A stretch of DNA of 64,000 bases from Sphyrna mokarran (taxonomy: Eukaryota). Made by a program: the position numbers and the translations under genes. The notes under the pieces were generated by a model. That model saw nothing but the letters and a program-made list of their open reading frames with translations, had not been told where the DNA came from and made no database searches. The stretch covers positions 17,608,001 through 17,672,000 of the forward strand of contig JAGIQG010000020.1 in assembly GCA_024679065.1 (NCBI GenBank), given 5' to 3'. Positions 13,046 through 26,330 of the stretch are shown piece by piece (position 1 is the first letter of the stretch; every line of letters begins with the position of its first letter).

Positions 13046-13150
13046 ATATTTTGGTTTTTCAGGAAAAATGTATCCTCAGTTACTGTGCTCAAAATATCCT
13101 AGTGCGCTTGCTATCTGGCATCTCGTTCTATACTTTGTCATTCCAACAGA

Positions 13151-13370
13151 AATGATGCAGAGACGCTGGTGTTGGACTGAGGTGGGCACAGTAAGAAGTC
13201 TTACAATACCTGGTTAAAGTCCAACAGGTTTATTTGGAATGATGAACTTTTGGAGGGCTGCCCCTTCATCCTCTCCTCCACTCACCTGATTCGGAATAGT
13301 GCTCCGAAAGCTCGTGATTCCAGACAAACGTTTTGGACTTTAACCTGGTACTTGAGACTTTTTACTGTAA
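13151..13370. mobile_element. Fold-back PLE terminal-repeat derivative, family A, with hammerhead-like motif
   Basis: Inverted arms acagtaagaagtc..ggttaaagtccaa / ttggactttaacctgg..gactttttactgt; matches termini of PLE at 36298-38404; TCCAACAGA at 13142-13150 and 13371-13379. Confidence 0.85.
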
Positions 13371-14094
13371 TCCAACAGATAAATATTGGTACTGAACAAC
13401 CATTTGATCTGCTTTTATTCAGGTAGGAGTGATAATGCAACCATGTTTTTGTAATTTGGCTGTCTGAGGGGAACCCAATCTCCCAAGATCGGATTGTAGC
13501 TTCATTTGGTCAGATCGTGCTTTTGCTTCACTGTCTTGCTTTGTCATTCTGCTCATACTCTGATATTCTCACTGGATAAGGGTGATGGTGTAAGAATAGT
13601 CAGTGCACGCAAAAGTTGCAACCTGTCACAAGTTTGACCAGTGTCTTTCTGGTCAGAGAGTGTGAGAATGATCAATATGCGTGAAGCAGAATTTAAACCG
13701 ACTGTTCAAATATCTTCCCCTCTACTATGATAGCTGTCAGACTAACCTGTACCGTTGATGAATCGTTCAATGCCACTATTTTGTTTGTGGCTGGTCGGCA
13801 ATGTCAGTATTCTGTAGCTTGCAAGAAACTCCATGAACTGACTAGAAACAAAACTATGATCCATTGTTTGGACTGATGGTCTCCAGAAAACCCTATTATG
13901 TAAACGACTTGTCTTAAATGTCAGTAACGAAAGTGGCGATTATGGAATTTGTTTTAATGATTTACAGCAATGTACAAGTTAGATCACGAATAGGAAAACA
14001 AAATGGTGATTTCTAGGGTTGCTAACAGTTCGCCAAAAAAACTAATCATTTGGTAAAACAAAATTGCTCTCGCTGAAAATATTTGTTTTTGCGA

Positions 14095-14875
14095 TTTGAT
14101 TTGTTTACTATTGTCATATGTATTAGTACACAGTGAAAAATATTGTTTCTTGAATGTTATACTGACAAAGCACACCATTCGTAGAGAAGGAAAGGAGGGG
14201 GTGCAGAATGTAATATTACAGTCATAACTAGGGTGTAGAGAAAGATCAATTTAATGCGATATACGTCCATTCAAAAGTCTGATGTCAGCAAGGAAGAAGC
14301 TGTTCTTGAGTCAGTTGGTATGTGACTTCAAACTTTTGTATCTCTTTCCCGATGGAAGAAGGTGGAGGAGAAAATGTCCGGGGTGCGTGGGGGTCCTTCA
14401 TTATGCTTCGCTGAGGCAGCGGGAAGTGTAGACTGTCAGTGGATGGGAGGCTGGTTTGTGTGATGGATTGGCTGCATTCAAGACCTTTTGTTGTTTCATG
14501 CGGCCTTGGGCAAAGCAGGAACCATACCAAGCTCTGATACAACCAGAAAGAATGCTTTCTGTGATGCATCTGTAAAAGCTGGTGAGAGTCATAGCTGACG
14601 TGCCAAATGTCCTTAGTTTGCTGAGGAAGTAGAGGCGTTGGAGGGCTTTCTTAACTATAGTGTCGGCATGAGGGGTGAGGAACCAAGGCAGGCTGGTGAT
14701 CTGGACACTTAAAACTTGAAGCTCTCAACCACCCTCATTGAAGTAGACAGGGGCATGTTCTCCACTATGCTTCCTGAATTCGATGACAATCTCCTTTGTT
14801 TTGTTGATATTGAGGAAGAGATTATTGTCACCACGCCAGTTGACCAGATTCTCCACCTCATGACTGTACTGTCTT
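14095..14875 (-). mobile_element. Rex1/Babar-like LINE 3' portion
   Basis: ORF 14401-14592 FYRCITESILSGCIRAWYG; aataaatcaaatc-type tail. Confidence 0.85.
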
Positions 14876-14877
14876 GT

Positions 14878-15860
14878 TTTGTCGAAGGTCTTAATCTTTC
14901 ACTCATCTGGACAATTGCAAGATATCAAATGTAAAGGAAATAAATTATTCCACATGAGAGTGTTGACTGGTTGGCATCGCCATGGTGACTGCACTAGTTA
15001 ATGAAGACTGACAATTAACTCTCTAGCTTTGTGTGAAATTTAAACCAGGCACCTTAACTCTGCCCTAAGGAATGAATCAGCAAATGGCTGTCACTTATTT
15101 TGTTTAGCTGGAACAGGGGCAGCGTTATGTACATCTTGTCTTTGAAAAAAAACAGGGCCTTGCATATCAATATATTTAGCTTCCAAAACATGCTAAATGC
15201 ACCAATGCCCAACTGACTATCTTAAATTAGTTGCCAGCATAATTCTCAGCACACCAAGGATGAGTTAGCAAACGTTGTTCTATGTTGGAGCATCTAATGT
15301 TGGATGCCATTTGAGTTTTGCAAACACGGGCTGGTTGGATGTGGTTTGTACCTTGCCCATTGCGAATAACGGGAAGGACATTTGTTCGATTGAGTCTTTA
15401 AGGTACATACAGCCCAATACCTAGCATCCCAATGGAGCTGAAATTATGTACCACATGATTCATATTTATATGATCAGCTCAATCCCTTTTGGCTTGGCAG
15501 CAGCATCCTATGTGTTGTGGATACCACAATAGAAATAGCATGAAGTGGCTAGCTTCACCTGTTGCCCAGAGTAATCTGAGGTATTCTGGGCACTTTGCAG
15601 AGCCAAACAGGACAGTCTTAGGCCTGTTCATGAGTTTGTGTGATTATATAGTGCAAAATGATCTGTCCAAGGCAGCCGTTATCCTACGGCATGCCTCTGG
15701 TGTGCCTGTTCTGCAGCTGTTTCATGATATCAATTACCTAATTGCTAACATTCGCTTTCTAATATTGTCTGACTTGAATTTTTAAAAATCTTCTTTCTAT
15801 AGAGTCTTAGCTCTGTGATTTCTCTTAAGCTATTTCCATATCTGACAAATGACATTCAGC
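14878..15860 (-). mobile_element. Penelope-like element 3' part, family C (decayed GIY-YIG region)
   Basis: Colinear similarity to 22849-23790; decayed hammerhead motif at ~14878-14915 (minus). Confidence 0.7.
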
Positions 15861-16189
15861 AATCATTAATTCTCAAGTTATGCAGTCCAGACTATCAGCC
15901 TGGATGTTAAAGTTTAGAATTTGGAAAGCGCAAAATAATTTCAGATGTTCCCATTTTCAACAGATTTCAGCATGAGTACAAGGAAATATAATGGAAAATA
16001 AAGGATTTTACATGCTTGGTAGGTAACAAAAGTGCCAAAAACAAGTTGATTAATATGAATCTTAACCTGAAAAGGTTATGAAAAGGCGCTGTATAAATGC
16101 AAACCTCTCTCTCTCTCTCTCTCAAATCCAGCCCCCCTCCCCCCCCACAACCACAATAACCTGTCAGCAACACTACAGCACATCTATAA

Positions 16190-16450
16190 TAGAAGCAAAA
16201 TACTGTGGATGCTGGAATCAAATAAAAAAACAAACGCTGAAAAATCTCAGTAGGTCTGAATCTGTGACAGGAGAATAGAGCTGATGTTATGAGTCTAAAT
16301 GACTCTTCATCAGAACTCAAAACTAGAATCATCTAGATTCTTAATGTTTGTTCTGTTCTTTCCCTGTCAGACACTGTCAGACCTGCTGAGATTTTCCAGC
16401 ATTTTCTGTTTTTGTTTGATTCTAGCATCTGCACTATTTTGCTTTTATTG
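16190..16450. mobile_element. Fold-back element, family B (PLE terminal-repeat type), hammerhead-like motif
   Basis: Arms aagcaaaatactgtggatgctgga..aaaatctcag / ctgctgagattttccagcatt..gcatctgcactattttgctt; same family as 43590-43830. Confidence 0.85.
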
Positions 16451-17929
16451 TACTGTAGTGTTACTTACAAATTATTGTGGTTGTGGGGGGGGTAGGTTTG
16501 TGAGAGAAAGATTAGCATTCATATAGCACCTTTTCATAACAACCAGCTGTTTCACAATGATCTTTGCAGGAAATGAAGTATAATCAGTGTTGTAGGTGAC
16601 AAGAAAGGCTTGAAGGAATTTCCTAAAGACCATACAATATGGATGGGGTTAACGTAGGCCATGAAATGTTTGTGGTCGCTGGAAAAGTAATTGTAATGAT
16701 GCACTTGTCAGCAACACAAAGGATGCTTATTAATGAGGCTCACAGCCTCACTGACCGCCCTGGAGCAGCCCATTAGCTTCTTCTGTCCCCTACATGTCTT
16801 TTACACGCCTTCAGAATGTCTTCTCCCTGAGAGAGAGCTTCATCCCCCCTGAGATAATTATCCTCTGTCAGGTGACTCTCTCCTGCTGTTCTGCCCTTAA
16901 AGGGATAACCTCCACAGTAATATTTTGCTCCTCCATTGCAGCTACATAAACAAACAGTTCCAGAATAAATCACAGGTGATGTGGGAGAAAAGATTCTTTA
17001 GTCTGTTTATAGAGTTATATGGCTGTTCGTTGTGAAGGGAAATCAATATAACCAGTTTAGCGATTTGTTTTCCCCCCATCAAGATGTCTTCGCAAGAGTG
17101 TGATCATTTTTAATCATAAATCATTTGCATTCAGTAATTTAACTAACGTGGCAGGAATTTTTTGTACTATTAACTCAGTTGGAGCAATTTGAAGTAGCTT
17201 ATTAATGCCAATAAGCAGGATTGTTTGGTAAAAGATTCCAAATTGGACTCTGGTTCAGAAATTGTCTGCTAGCATGTGTTTTCTTTCCAGGTACTGTTAC
17301 ACATTTTAACTTCAATCCAAAGCAAGCCAGTTGCTGTAGTCACTTACAATATGTTGCAGGATATTACAAACACCCCTAGAAAGATAGGCTTGCGTAAAGC
17401 ATGATCGGTCTCACTCGCAACCAGCTGCAAACAGCTCGGGTGTGTACAAATATTTCCAAACTGATCTGTGAATGTGTCCAGTTACAGCTCATGGATTGTG
17501 TCGCCTTGAAAGGAAAGGTTTGCGTTTAACAGCTCCACCATGGTAGCAGAATAATGCATTACGATTTATGGTTGGTCAATATGATATTGTTGCTGTACCT
17601 TAACCAGAGGCCAGGATATAAATTCTGTGTGTTGCTTTTGACTTGTGCAATAAAACTATATTTCATTGGCTGTAGTGTATTTTGGGATGCCTGAAGGCTG
17701 TTAAAGACAGTAAATCAATGCATTCTTTTTCTTCCCACCCTACTCTGCCTCCAATAAAGGGCAAAAATACTCCAATATTACCTCATACGTGCACTCAAAT
17801 AGGTCTCTGGCCATTTTAATCTTTAACTCACCGATCCATTATTCTTTCCAACATTCTGTCCTCTACCTCTTGCACCGTTGCAATGGTGCTCATCCTGTTA
17901 CATAGCAGATTACATCCCTCTGACCTCAA

Positions 17930-18190
17930 TGGAATCACAGAATCCTACAGTGCAAAAGGAGGCCATTCGGCCCATTGAGTCTGCACTGACCACAATCCCA
18001 CCCAGGTCCTATCCCTTAACCCCATGTATTTACCCTGCTCATCCCTCTGAGATTAATGGGCAATTTAGCATGGCCAATCAACCTAATCTGCACGTCTTTG
18101 GACTGTGGAAGGAAAGAGGAGGAAATCTATGCAGACACAGAGAGTACCTGCAAACTCCACATAGGCAATGACACAAGCTGGGAATCTTGC
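17930..18190 (-). mobile_element. V-SINE/HE1-like SINE, CR1-type tail A
   Basis: gaatcctacagtgcaaaaggaggccattcggcccat tail; aatttagcatggccaatc core. Confidence 0.85.
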
Positions 18191-18684
18191 AGCTTTCCCA
18201 TTAATGATGGCTCACCCAGTGGGATGATTTACACTCCTAATGGCGTCGCAACGTGATGATTAGGGATTTTTCTCAGCAACTTCATTGCAGTATTGATGTA
18301 AGCCACAATAATCATATAAACTTAAAATGAAAACTGAAGGAATTCTTAAAATTGTATTTATTGATGGCCAAAACTGCCAAGCCATCATTGTAGAGGAGGC
18401 CTCACTTTGAGATAATGGATTGCACACTCAGCTTGTCCCTGTAGCAGTGTCTTAGGAAAGATGTGAAGGCACCAGCCTGTCTAGAAAAGCGTGCCTACAG
18501 GGATCTGCTGAGCTTCGTCCATTAGATAGGGCCTGTGTGCTGTTGGTGGTTAAAAGGCCAGTTAATTGACACTAATGAAAATCCACTGCTTCCATTTGTC
18601 CCCCACCTCCAGGAAGATCTGTTGGAGGGTGTTGGATCACCAACTCAATGTATCATTTTCCAACTTCTCTCTCCACAATTCCTG

Positions 18685-19015
18685 GGGCACAGCGGTTAGC
18701 ACTGCTGCCTCACAGCTCTAGGAACCCGGGTGCAATTCGAGTGCTAGGGACCCGGGTTAAATTCCAGCCTTGGATCACTGTCTGTGTGGAGTTTGCATGT
18801 TCTCCCCATGTCTGCATGGGTTTTGTCCAGGTGCTTCTGTTTCCTCCAAAACAGGTGGATTGGCTGTGCTAAATTGCCCCTTAGTGTCCTGAGATGTGTA
18901 GGTTAGGGGGATTAGCAGGATAAATACATGGGGTTGGGGGATATGGGCTGGGTGAGATTGTTGTTGTTGCAAGCTCATTGGGCCAAATGGCTTCTTTCTA
19001 GAGATTTCATGATAG
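18685..19015 (+). mobile_element. V-SINE/HE1-like SINE, tail A, B-box region duplicated
   Basis: ggttagcactgctgcctcacag head; tagg(a/g)acccggg present twice at 18719-18760. Confidence 0.85.
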
Positions 19016-20944
19016 GGATGTATATTTAAGAGAAGCAAATCTTTTGGCAATGTTGATAAAACTCAATGTTTGAAATGTTTAGTCTTCCAGCTGCTTTGTT
19101 TTTGCCAATCACAGGATGACTTACCATCTACCCTGAAACCCCAGAACATTACTCTAGGTTTGTAGTTTACCAATTCAGTGAACTATACAAGTAGGCCACA
19201 AAGGTCTTCCAAAGATGAGATTTGCAAATCAATAAAATCACATTAGGCACAGGATCGTTTAATTCCATGGAAAGCTGTTCAGTGCGGCCTAAACGTACAA
19301 TGTCTTATTTCGCCCATTTAAATTTTTTTTCAGATGTATCAATTTTGGGTTTGGATCCCCTGCTAGAAATGTTAAAGGTAGGATATCGGATATATTGTAA
19401 GTGGATCAACAGCAGCAAAAGAAAGTAAACTCATTGAAGCCCTTCAGGATTGCAAATTTCTTAGTAATGAATAACACCAACCACCCTGGAGTGGACTTGT
19501 TCACCTTCGAAAGGGGTTAATTTGCAGCAGGTTAATGATCCGTTGAAGTGTAAAGCGTGCTATTTATGCAAACTTAATGTAATCTCTAAGGGGAGAGGGA
19601 GGTGTTTGCCTTACAGGCAAGTGTTTGGGATTGTGGTGCAAATTAAGAAGTTGATAATTTTTATTGCAACGCTGAGCACAACATGTAAACATAATGAGAT
19701 CGTTAGAGGTCTTTAATTTCACTGACCCCAAAGATGTTCTTTAGCATCAATGTTCTGGTAAAGTGTTTTGGCAGGACAGGATAAAATGCTGTGGACCATG
19801 TCGAGCTACGTTTTGTCAGGAAAAAATGACTGCAACATTTAACAGAGGAAATTGATCCAAGCCTGTAATTTCAAGTTCTTTTCCTTGGACTAAGTGGTTA
19901 TTTAACCTGGAGGAAGGAGGGGATGGGGAGGGTGCGAGTGGCAGTGCGCACAGTGCTGAACGGAAATGTTCGTAAAATCTTTGTGTATGTTACAGTCAGG
20001 CTGATAAATCATTACTCGTGAAACTCTTAATAGTTTTATAGTGTTAATGAAGGACATTAATAGGCGATTGTAACCTACTTATTATACGTTTTTCTCTTTT
20101 TTGTTTTAGTTCGTGAATGAGATGATCATTTAATGCAGCCGTTTTTTTTGGGTAAGTTTGATTTTAAACAAATTGTAGCCTTGTGAGTTACAAACAAATA
20201 AAGACCACGGAGCAATAAGAGATTTAAATGACCTCAGTCGTCAGAGCTCAGACTAGCAATGAAACGGGCCTCTTCCTAACTAGACCATCTTACTGTATTC
20301 ATCTACAGCCAACTTGACAACCTACTGATTAGTTAAAGGAGATTTGCCTCTTATACCCAGCATAGACGTTGCTTCTTGTTTATTTTCCAGTTACCACTTT
20401 CGATAAAGTTGTTGTTTCAGTCCTCCTGTGTTTCCATTGAATTGTCTCCTACCTGTTAGCCAGCAGTTGGATGTGTTACTGGAGTGTTTCCCCAGCCTCC
20501 AACTTCCAATGCATCTGACGTTGGACAGCCAACAATCTTCAGGGTATACCACCACCCTGTGCCAATTAGGAAGTGAGAAGACCCTGTGTCGGCCCCCACC
20601 ACCATAGGGAAGTCTTGATAGTTAAAGAACCGTTTCTTTTATTGATTATTAACAAAGGTATTCAGAGACAGAGGTATGCAACACAACTTGAAAAACCCAT
20701 TTGTTTATTACCCCTATGAGTTTTCTCCCTGGCAATGTTCTCACCAGTATCCACAATATTAATTGTCAATCCCGAGGGTTTGACAATTCTTGTAAACTTC
20801 TGAGTTTCTTCTTTATGAACAATTTAGTAATTTTTATTGCAAAAACTGAGTAGAGCATGTAAACATGATGAGATTGTTATAGTCTTGAATTTCACTGTCT
20901 AAGATTATCCTTTAGCATCAATGCTCGGGGTGAAGCGTTTTGGG

Positions 20945-21130
20945 TTGTGATCTATGGAATTCTTTAGGCTCAGTTCAGTATGTTCAAGGCTGAGGGAGAT
21001 TTTTAATCAGTAAGGGAGTTGAACGTTATGGGGATAAGTGAAGGTGAGGATTATCAGATCAATCATCAGCTCGTTGAAATGTGGAGCAGACTTGATGGGC
21101 TGAGTGGCCTATTTCTGCTCCTACGATGTC
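20945..21130 (+). mobile_element. CR1 3' end fragment
   Basis: gatgggctgagtggcctatttctgctcct tail. Confidence 0.65.
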
Positions 21131-22029
21131 TGGTTTTCTCTCGCTGTTTTTTTTCCTGCTTATGAATTATGGATTTTTCCATTTGTAAAAGGAGTTCAGT
21201 GCCTGCTGTAGCATGAGCATCATGACGTGCCGAGTTTGACAATGGGAGAGGTCATGCGGACATAAGACATTTTATTCGGGAGAACCTTTTAAAAGTGTAA
21301 TCATTCAAATGAGATCTTCAGAGTTGATTTTTTACTTCACCTCAAAAACCCAGGAGAGAAAAGTGTCAATGGGTCTCATTAGACCAGCAAATTGAACAAA
21401 GATGGCTTGCTTGCCCTATAGTTATCATTGTAAACGGCCTGGCTGATTTCTCAGTTGCATCTTGTCCAGAAGAGCTCTTGTGCACAATTGTCCAGAATTA
21501 TATCCAGCATGGTGCATGGCTTTGCATATTATTTTGCTGCTTCTCTAAGATCTCATTCTTAAAGTTATTTGTTCAACACTTTGAAATACATTCTGAGCTT
21601 TCTTAGCCAAAAAACCATTCCTTTCCTCCTTGTAAAATCTATCTTTTTTGAGGAGAAAGGATAGTTGCATTTTTTTTAATCTTTAATGTTTAATCTTGGG
21701 AGAACGATGATATTTAAGCACTAATTTAAGCATTTTCATTCAGGGAATTATAACAATCTGAAACTTGCATTACTTCACAATACGTGGCAGTAATTGTGCT
21801 TAGCTGTTCTCTTTTCTGCTCATGTTCATTTGCATCCACTTATTGGAAGAGGCACTGATAGAATGCTTATTTCCAGACTATGGATAATAAATCAAATTCC
21901 AATTCTTTCACTTCAGTTAATTAAAATGTTTTAACATCTGTTCATTCTCGTCTCAGATTTATCAATCTCCCAAGGAGGTTTGGAAAGATATTTAGTGAGT
22001 GAGGCTAGAAGCAATCATAGATGTTAATG

Positions 22030-22540
22030 AGAACAAAGAAAGAACAAGGAAAAGTACAGAACAGGAACAGGCCCTTTGGCCCTCCAAACCTGTGTCAATC
22101 ATAATGCCCTGACTAAACTAAAAATAAAATTTTCTGCTCTTACTCCCTCTATTCCCTCCCTTTTCATATACCCATTCAGATACCTCTTAAATATTGCTAA
22201 TGTGCCTGCCTCCTCTGGCACTGCGTTCCAGACACCCACCACTCTCTGCGTGAAAACTTCCCCCACACATCTCCCTTGAACTTTCCCCCTCTCATCTTGA
22301 ACCATGTAATTGACACTTCTTCCCTGGGAAAAAGTTCTGACTATTTACTCTGTCTGTGCCCCTCATAATTCTGTAGACTTCTATCAGGTCTCCCCTCAGC
22401 CTCTGTCTTTCCAGTGAAAACAATCCTAGTTTATTCAACCTCTCCTCGTAGCCAATGACGTCAAGACCAGACTACATCCTGCTGAACCTTTTTTGCACTC
22501 ACTCCAAAGCTTCCACATCCTTCCGGTAATGTGGCACGCT
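22030..22540 (-). mobile_element. CR1 LINE 3' fragment
   Basis: ORF 22099-22305 FTQRVVGVWNA; gaacaaagaa tail repeats. Confidence 0.85.
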
Positions 22541-22848
22541 AATCGGTGATTCCTGATGTGCTTCAAGCTGAAAGAATGCAGAGATTTATGAGCTGCTGTG
22601 ATTGATTAATGCTCTGAATTCACAAGACTTCTGGATGACCCTTCCCCTGCTTAGTATGTTTCTAGGGTTTAATAACATGTTGGATGTTGTCATATCTGCT
22701 CTAAAACTCACTTCTTTTGAAATTGGTCTGCATGGGATACCTATTCATTAGACCTTGTAAAATTTTACATACACTGCACCTCATTATATAATGTAACAAT
22801 AATTCTAGTAAGCACTTCGTTTAATGTGTCTTCATCAAGACAACTTGA

Positions 22849-23790
22849 ATATTGCTGAAAAAATACATTTTGTTTCATCTTGCACTCATCAGGGCAATTA
22901 CAAGAATGCCAATGTCAAGGCAAATAATTTTGTACTCTGTGATCAGAGTGCTGACTAGGTGACAAGTGGTTGAGTCATTGCCATGGAAAATGTATCAATT
23001 AGTGGTGACTGACAATTAATTACCAAATATTGTTTGAAATTTAAAGCAGGCAGCTTCCTTTATTTTGTCAAGACGTTGTCTTGGGGAATGAACGAGTAAA
23101 TTGCTATCACTTATTTTGTTTAGCTGAAACAAATGCAATGTGTGTACATGTTCTTTCTGTCTCCAAAGGACAGGATCCTGTGTGTTAATATATGTAACTT
23201 CCAGTGTGCACACATGTGCTACAAAGCGAGCCATATCGATAATCTTAATTTAGTTGTTAGTGTAATTCTTAATTCACTGCAGATTATTCAGTAAGTATTG
23301 TTCAATCTCAAAATCACATCTAATATTAGACACTGCTTTGAACTTTGCAAGCACAGGTTGGTGAGGTAGGGTCTGTACTTTGCCATTTGTTACAGCGGGA
23401 GGGATATTCTATTTGATAAAATTGCCAGTCTTTGGGATATACAGTCTACATATCAGGCATGACGTTGGCACTGAAACTCATACCACGAGGAATGGACAGA
23501 ATGTCTTTTTGACTTGATGGTAGCATTCTGTTTGTGGTGAACACCCACCTGTGTTGTACTGCATGGTAGCAGCATGAAGCAGATAGCTTCACTTATTGAT
23601 CAAATATTTTAGTAATGCCTCTACCAATCAGAGTTCACTTGCTGACCAATCAGCACCCTCTCCTCAAACAGTCTGAAGTTATTGTTTCTCTGACATTGTT
23701 ACTCTTGCAATTGTCCTGATGAGTACAAGGTAGGAAGTTCCAACAATAGCTTCAGCAATGCTCAAAATCTATCCTAACAAATGACACTTA
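22849..23790 (-). mobile_element. Penelope-like element remnant, family C, with ~130-bp inverted termini
   Basis: 22849-22975 is the imperfect reverse complement of ~23630-23765; minus strand at ~23400-23490 reads as decayed YEFQC...YV...SQRL...IK (GIY-YIG-like); CTGATGA cores in both termini. Confidence 0.75.
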
Positions 23791-25499
23791 GTTCAAAGCA
23801 TAATTGAAAGAAATACAACAAACAAGTGTCTGTGTAATTCTGTATACTTAGGCAATTTGATTTTCTACTACTAAATTTTTGCAACACCTGTGCTTATGTA
23901 GATAGCACTTCCAGTATTAAATAACTATTTTCATTTTTAGATAGAATAAGTCAAGCCTCTGTGGTGTTGCACATGGAAAAGACTGAGAGCTAGCCAAGAG
24001 GGAAGAAAATAACTGGACATTGATGGAGTCGGAAGCGGCAAGTGGGAAGCTGATGGAGGATGGACACAGAGGGAAGGTAAGGAGCAGGAGAAACTGGGGA
24101 GTTAAGGTTAGTGATGGGAAGGAGTGAGGGGGATGGGGTGGTTGACTTGTGGGTGTGGACAGGGGTCAGGGTGAGAGGAGAATGAGAGGTGGGAGGTGCC
24201 TGAATGATCTGTAATATCAAGGGAACGTTTTCCAAGTATCCAGTTTCCTGTTCTGTGGAGGAAGGAATGCAGCAACAGAGTTGAAGCATTGCCTTTCACT
24301 GGAGAAACAAGAAGCTAGAGATCTGATCGATACAGTGAGAATGAAGTGAAACAGGTAGAATGGTGTGGAGAGAATTGGGCAAGTACAGGTGTTAAGATAT
24401 TGTTGGGTTGTGTAGAGGAAGAGGGCCCTAAAACTCTTCTCAGTAGTGGAGAGGGGGCTCAGGGGACACATACTTTGTGAAAGAAAGCAATAGCCAAAAT
24501 TGCGACAGAAAATCTATTGTATTTGTGGGGGAGGGGGCAATTCCCCAGTCAGTGGGAAGGGGGGAGGGTGCACATTTTCAGATGATCATAAAACTCATAA
24601 TTATGAGGGACTGAGGTTCCAGTGCAATCCACTGGAGTTTAGTTACAGTGGACAAAAAAAACTGCTCGCTGGGTGATGGACAGGATTCCGGGATGATTCT
24701 CAGGAGCCAATGGGCTTGACAATTGTGTGGGAACAATCAGTTTATCATAAGAAACGACACAAAGATTGGGTTGGTGCAGGTCAGAAATCCCGGGAATCTC
24801 AGACTCTTTGGAGAGAAAATTCTCATTGGGTTGTGTAAGTGGAACCCCTAATAGAGTGGTAAGGATTTTAAACCATTAGCCATTAAGGCACTGACAAAGC
24901 TGGCATCGTGCAGCTCAATGACTTTTAAAGTAAGAGTAAGAAGAAGCAACTTGCACATATGAGATGTAGTAATTGATTCAAACAATTGATTATGATTGTA
25001 AAATGTGCCGATAGTTTGAATGTATTATTATTGATTTTAAGGAAAGATGTGCTCTTAGGCTAATTGGCAGAACAAATTCTCCCTGAATTGTCTCAAATTT
25101 GGTTTCAATCCATAGATTTATAAACATAGACAAGTATCATGGGTAGAGGTGGGAACATCGAGGTGTGACGGGGGCTCGTTGGGACAAAGGGTCTGTTTCC
25201 CGTGCTGTTTTGTTCTTTGTTCTTTGAATATTGTTCACTTTAGCCAAGAGCAATTTAATGTGAGGATCAAGGTAGAAAGACATTAGGATGAAGCCAATTC
25301 AAAAGGATAATTGAAGCATGGAAATATGCAAGATTTATCAGTTAACGTTTCGGTTGGAAAGAACGTTTGGAACACTTAATCTTATGTCATGAGTAGAGTT
25401 TATTCACTGTCCAGACGAGATGGACTGGTGCCCAGATTTGGTGTTATGAGTTAATCTGGTCAGAAAGTGACCTTGCAGGGAACTCAAGAGATTGTTTGT

Positions 25500-26330
25500 T
25501 TTATTAATTCATTTGTGGGAAATGGGTGTTACCAGCTGGCCAGCGTTTATTGCCCATTGCTAATTGCCCTTGAGGAGGTGGTGGTGAGCTGCCGCCTTTA
25601 ATTGCTGCAGTCCATGTTCTGTGGATTGATCCACAATTCATTAGGGAGGGAATCCCAGGATTTTGACCCAGAGACTGTGAAGGAACGGCGATATATTTCC
25701 AAGTCAGGATGGTAAGTGGCTTGGAAGGAAATTTGCAGGTGGTGGTGTTCCCATTTATCTGCTACGCTTGTCCTTCGAGATGGAAGTGGTTCTGGATTTG
25801 AAATGTGCTGTCTAAGGATCTTTGATGAGTTGCTGCAGTGCATCTTGTAGATAGTGCACACTGCTGCTACTGAGCATTGGTGGTGGAGGGATTGAATGTT
25901 TGTGGATGTGGTGCCAATCAAGCGGGCTGTTTTGTCCTGGATGATGTCAAGCTCCTTGAGTGTTGTTGAAGTTGCACCCATCCAGGCAAGTGGGGAGTAT
26001 TCCATTCCACTCCTGACTTGTGCCTTGTAGATGGTGGAAAGGTTTTGGGGAGTCAGGAGGTGAGTTACTTGCCACAGTATTCCCAGTCTCTGACCTGCAC
26101 TTGTGGTTGAGTTTCTCTGGTCAATGATAACCCCAAGGATGTTGGCAATGGGGGATTCAGTGATGGTAACACCATTGAATGTCAAGGGACAGCGATTAGT
26201 GAGTCTCTCATTGATGATGGTCATTTCCAGACATTTGTGGTGTGAGTATTACTTGCCACTTGTCAGCCCAAGCCTGGATATTATCCAGATCTTGTTGCAT
26301 TTGAACATGAACTGCTTCATTTGAACTCTG
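25500..26330 (-). mobile_element. CR1-group non-LTR retrotransposon (non-classical lineage), 3' portion
   Basis: ORF 25598-26224 IYKAQVRSGMEYSPLAW..LDIIQDK.ARLIG..SLHH..VAAVCTIYKMH; tail agggcaattagcaatgggcaataaa on minus. Confidence 0.85.

Noticed and set aside
16735-16985. Possible solo LTR
   Set aside because: No consistent TG..CA ends with TSD found
23990-24560. Purine-rich stretch as a decayed PLE N-terminal region
   Set aside because: Only vague resemblance; no diagnostic motif readable
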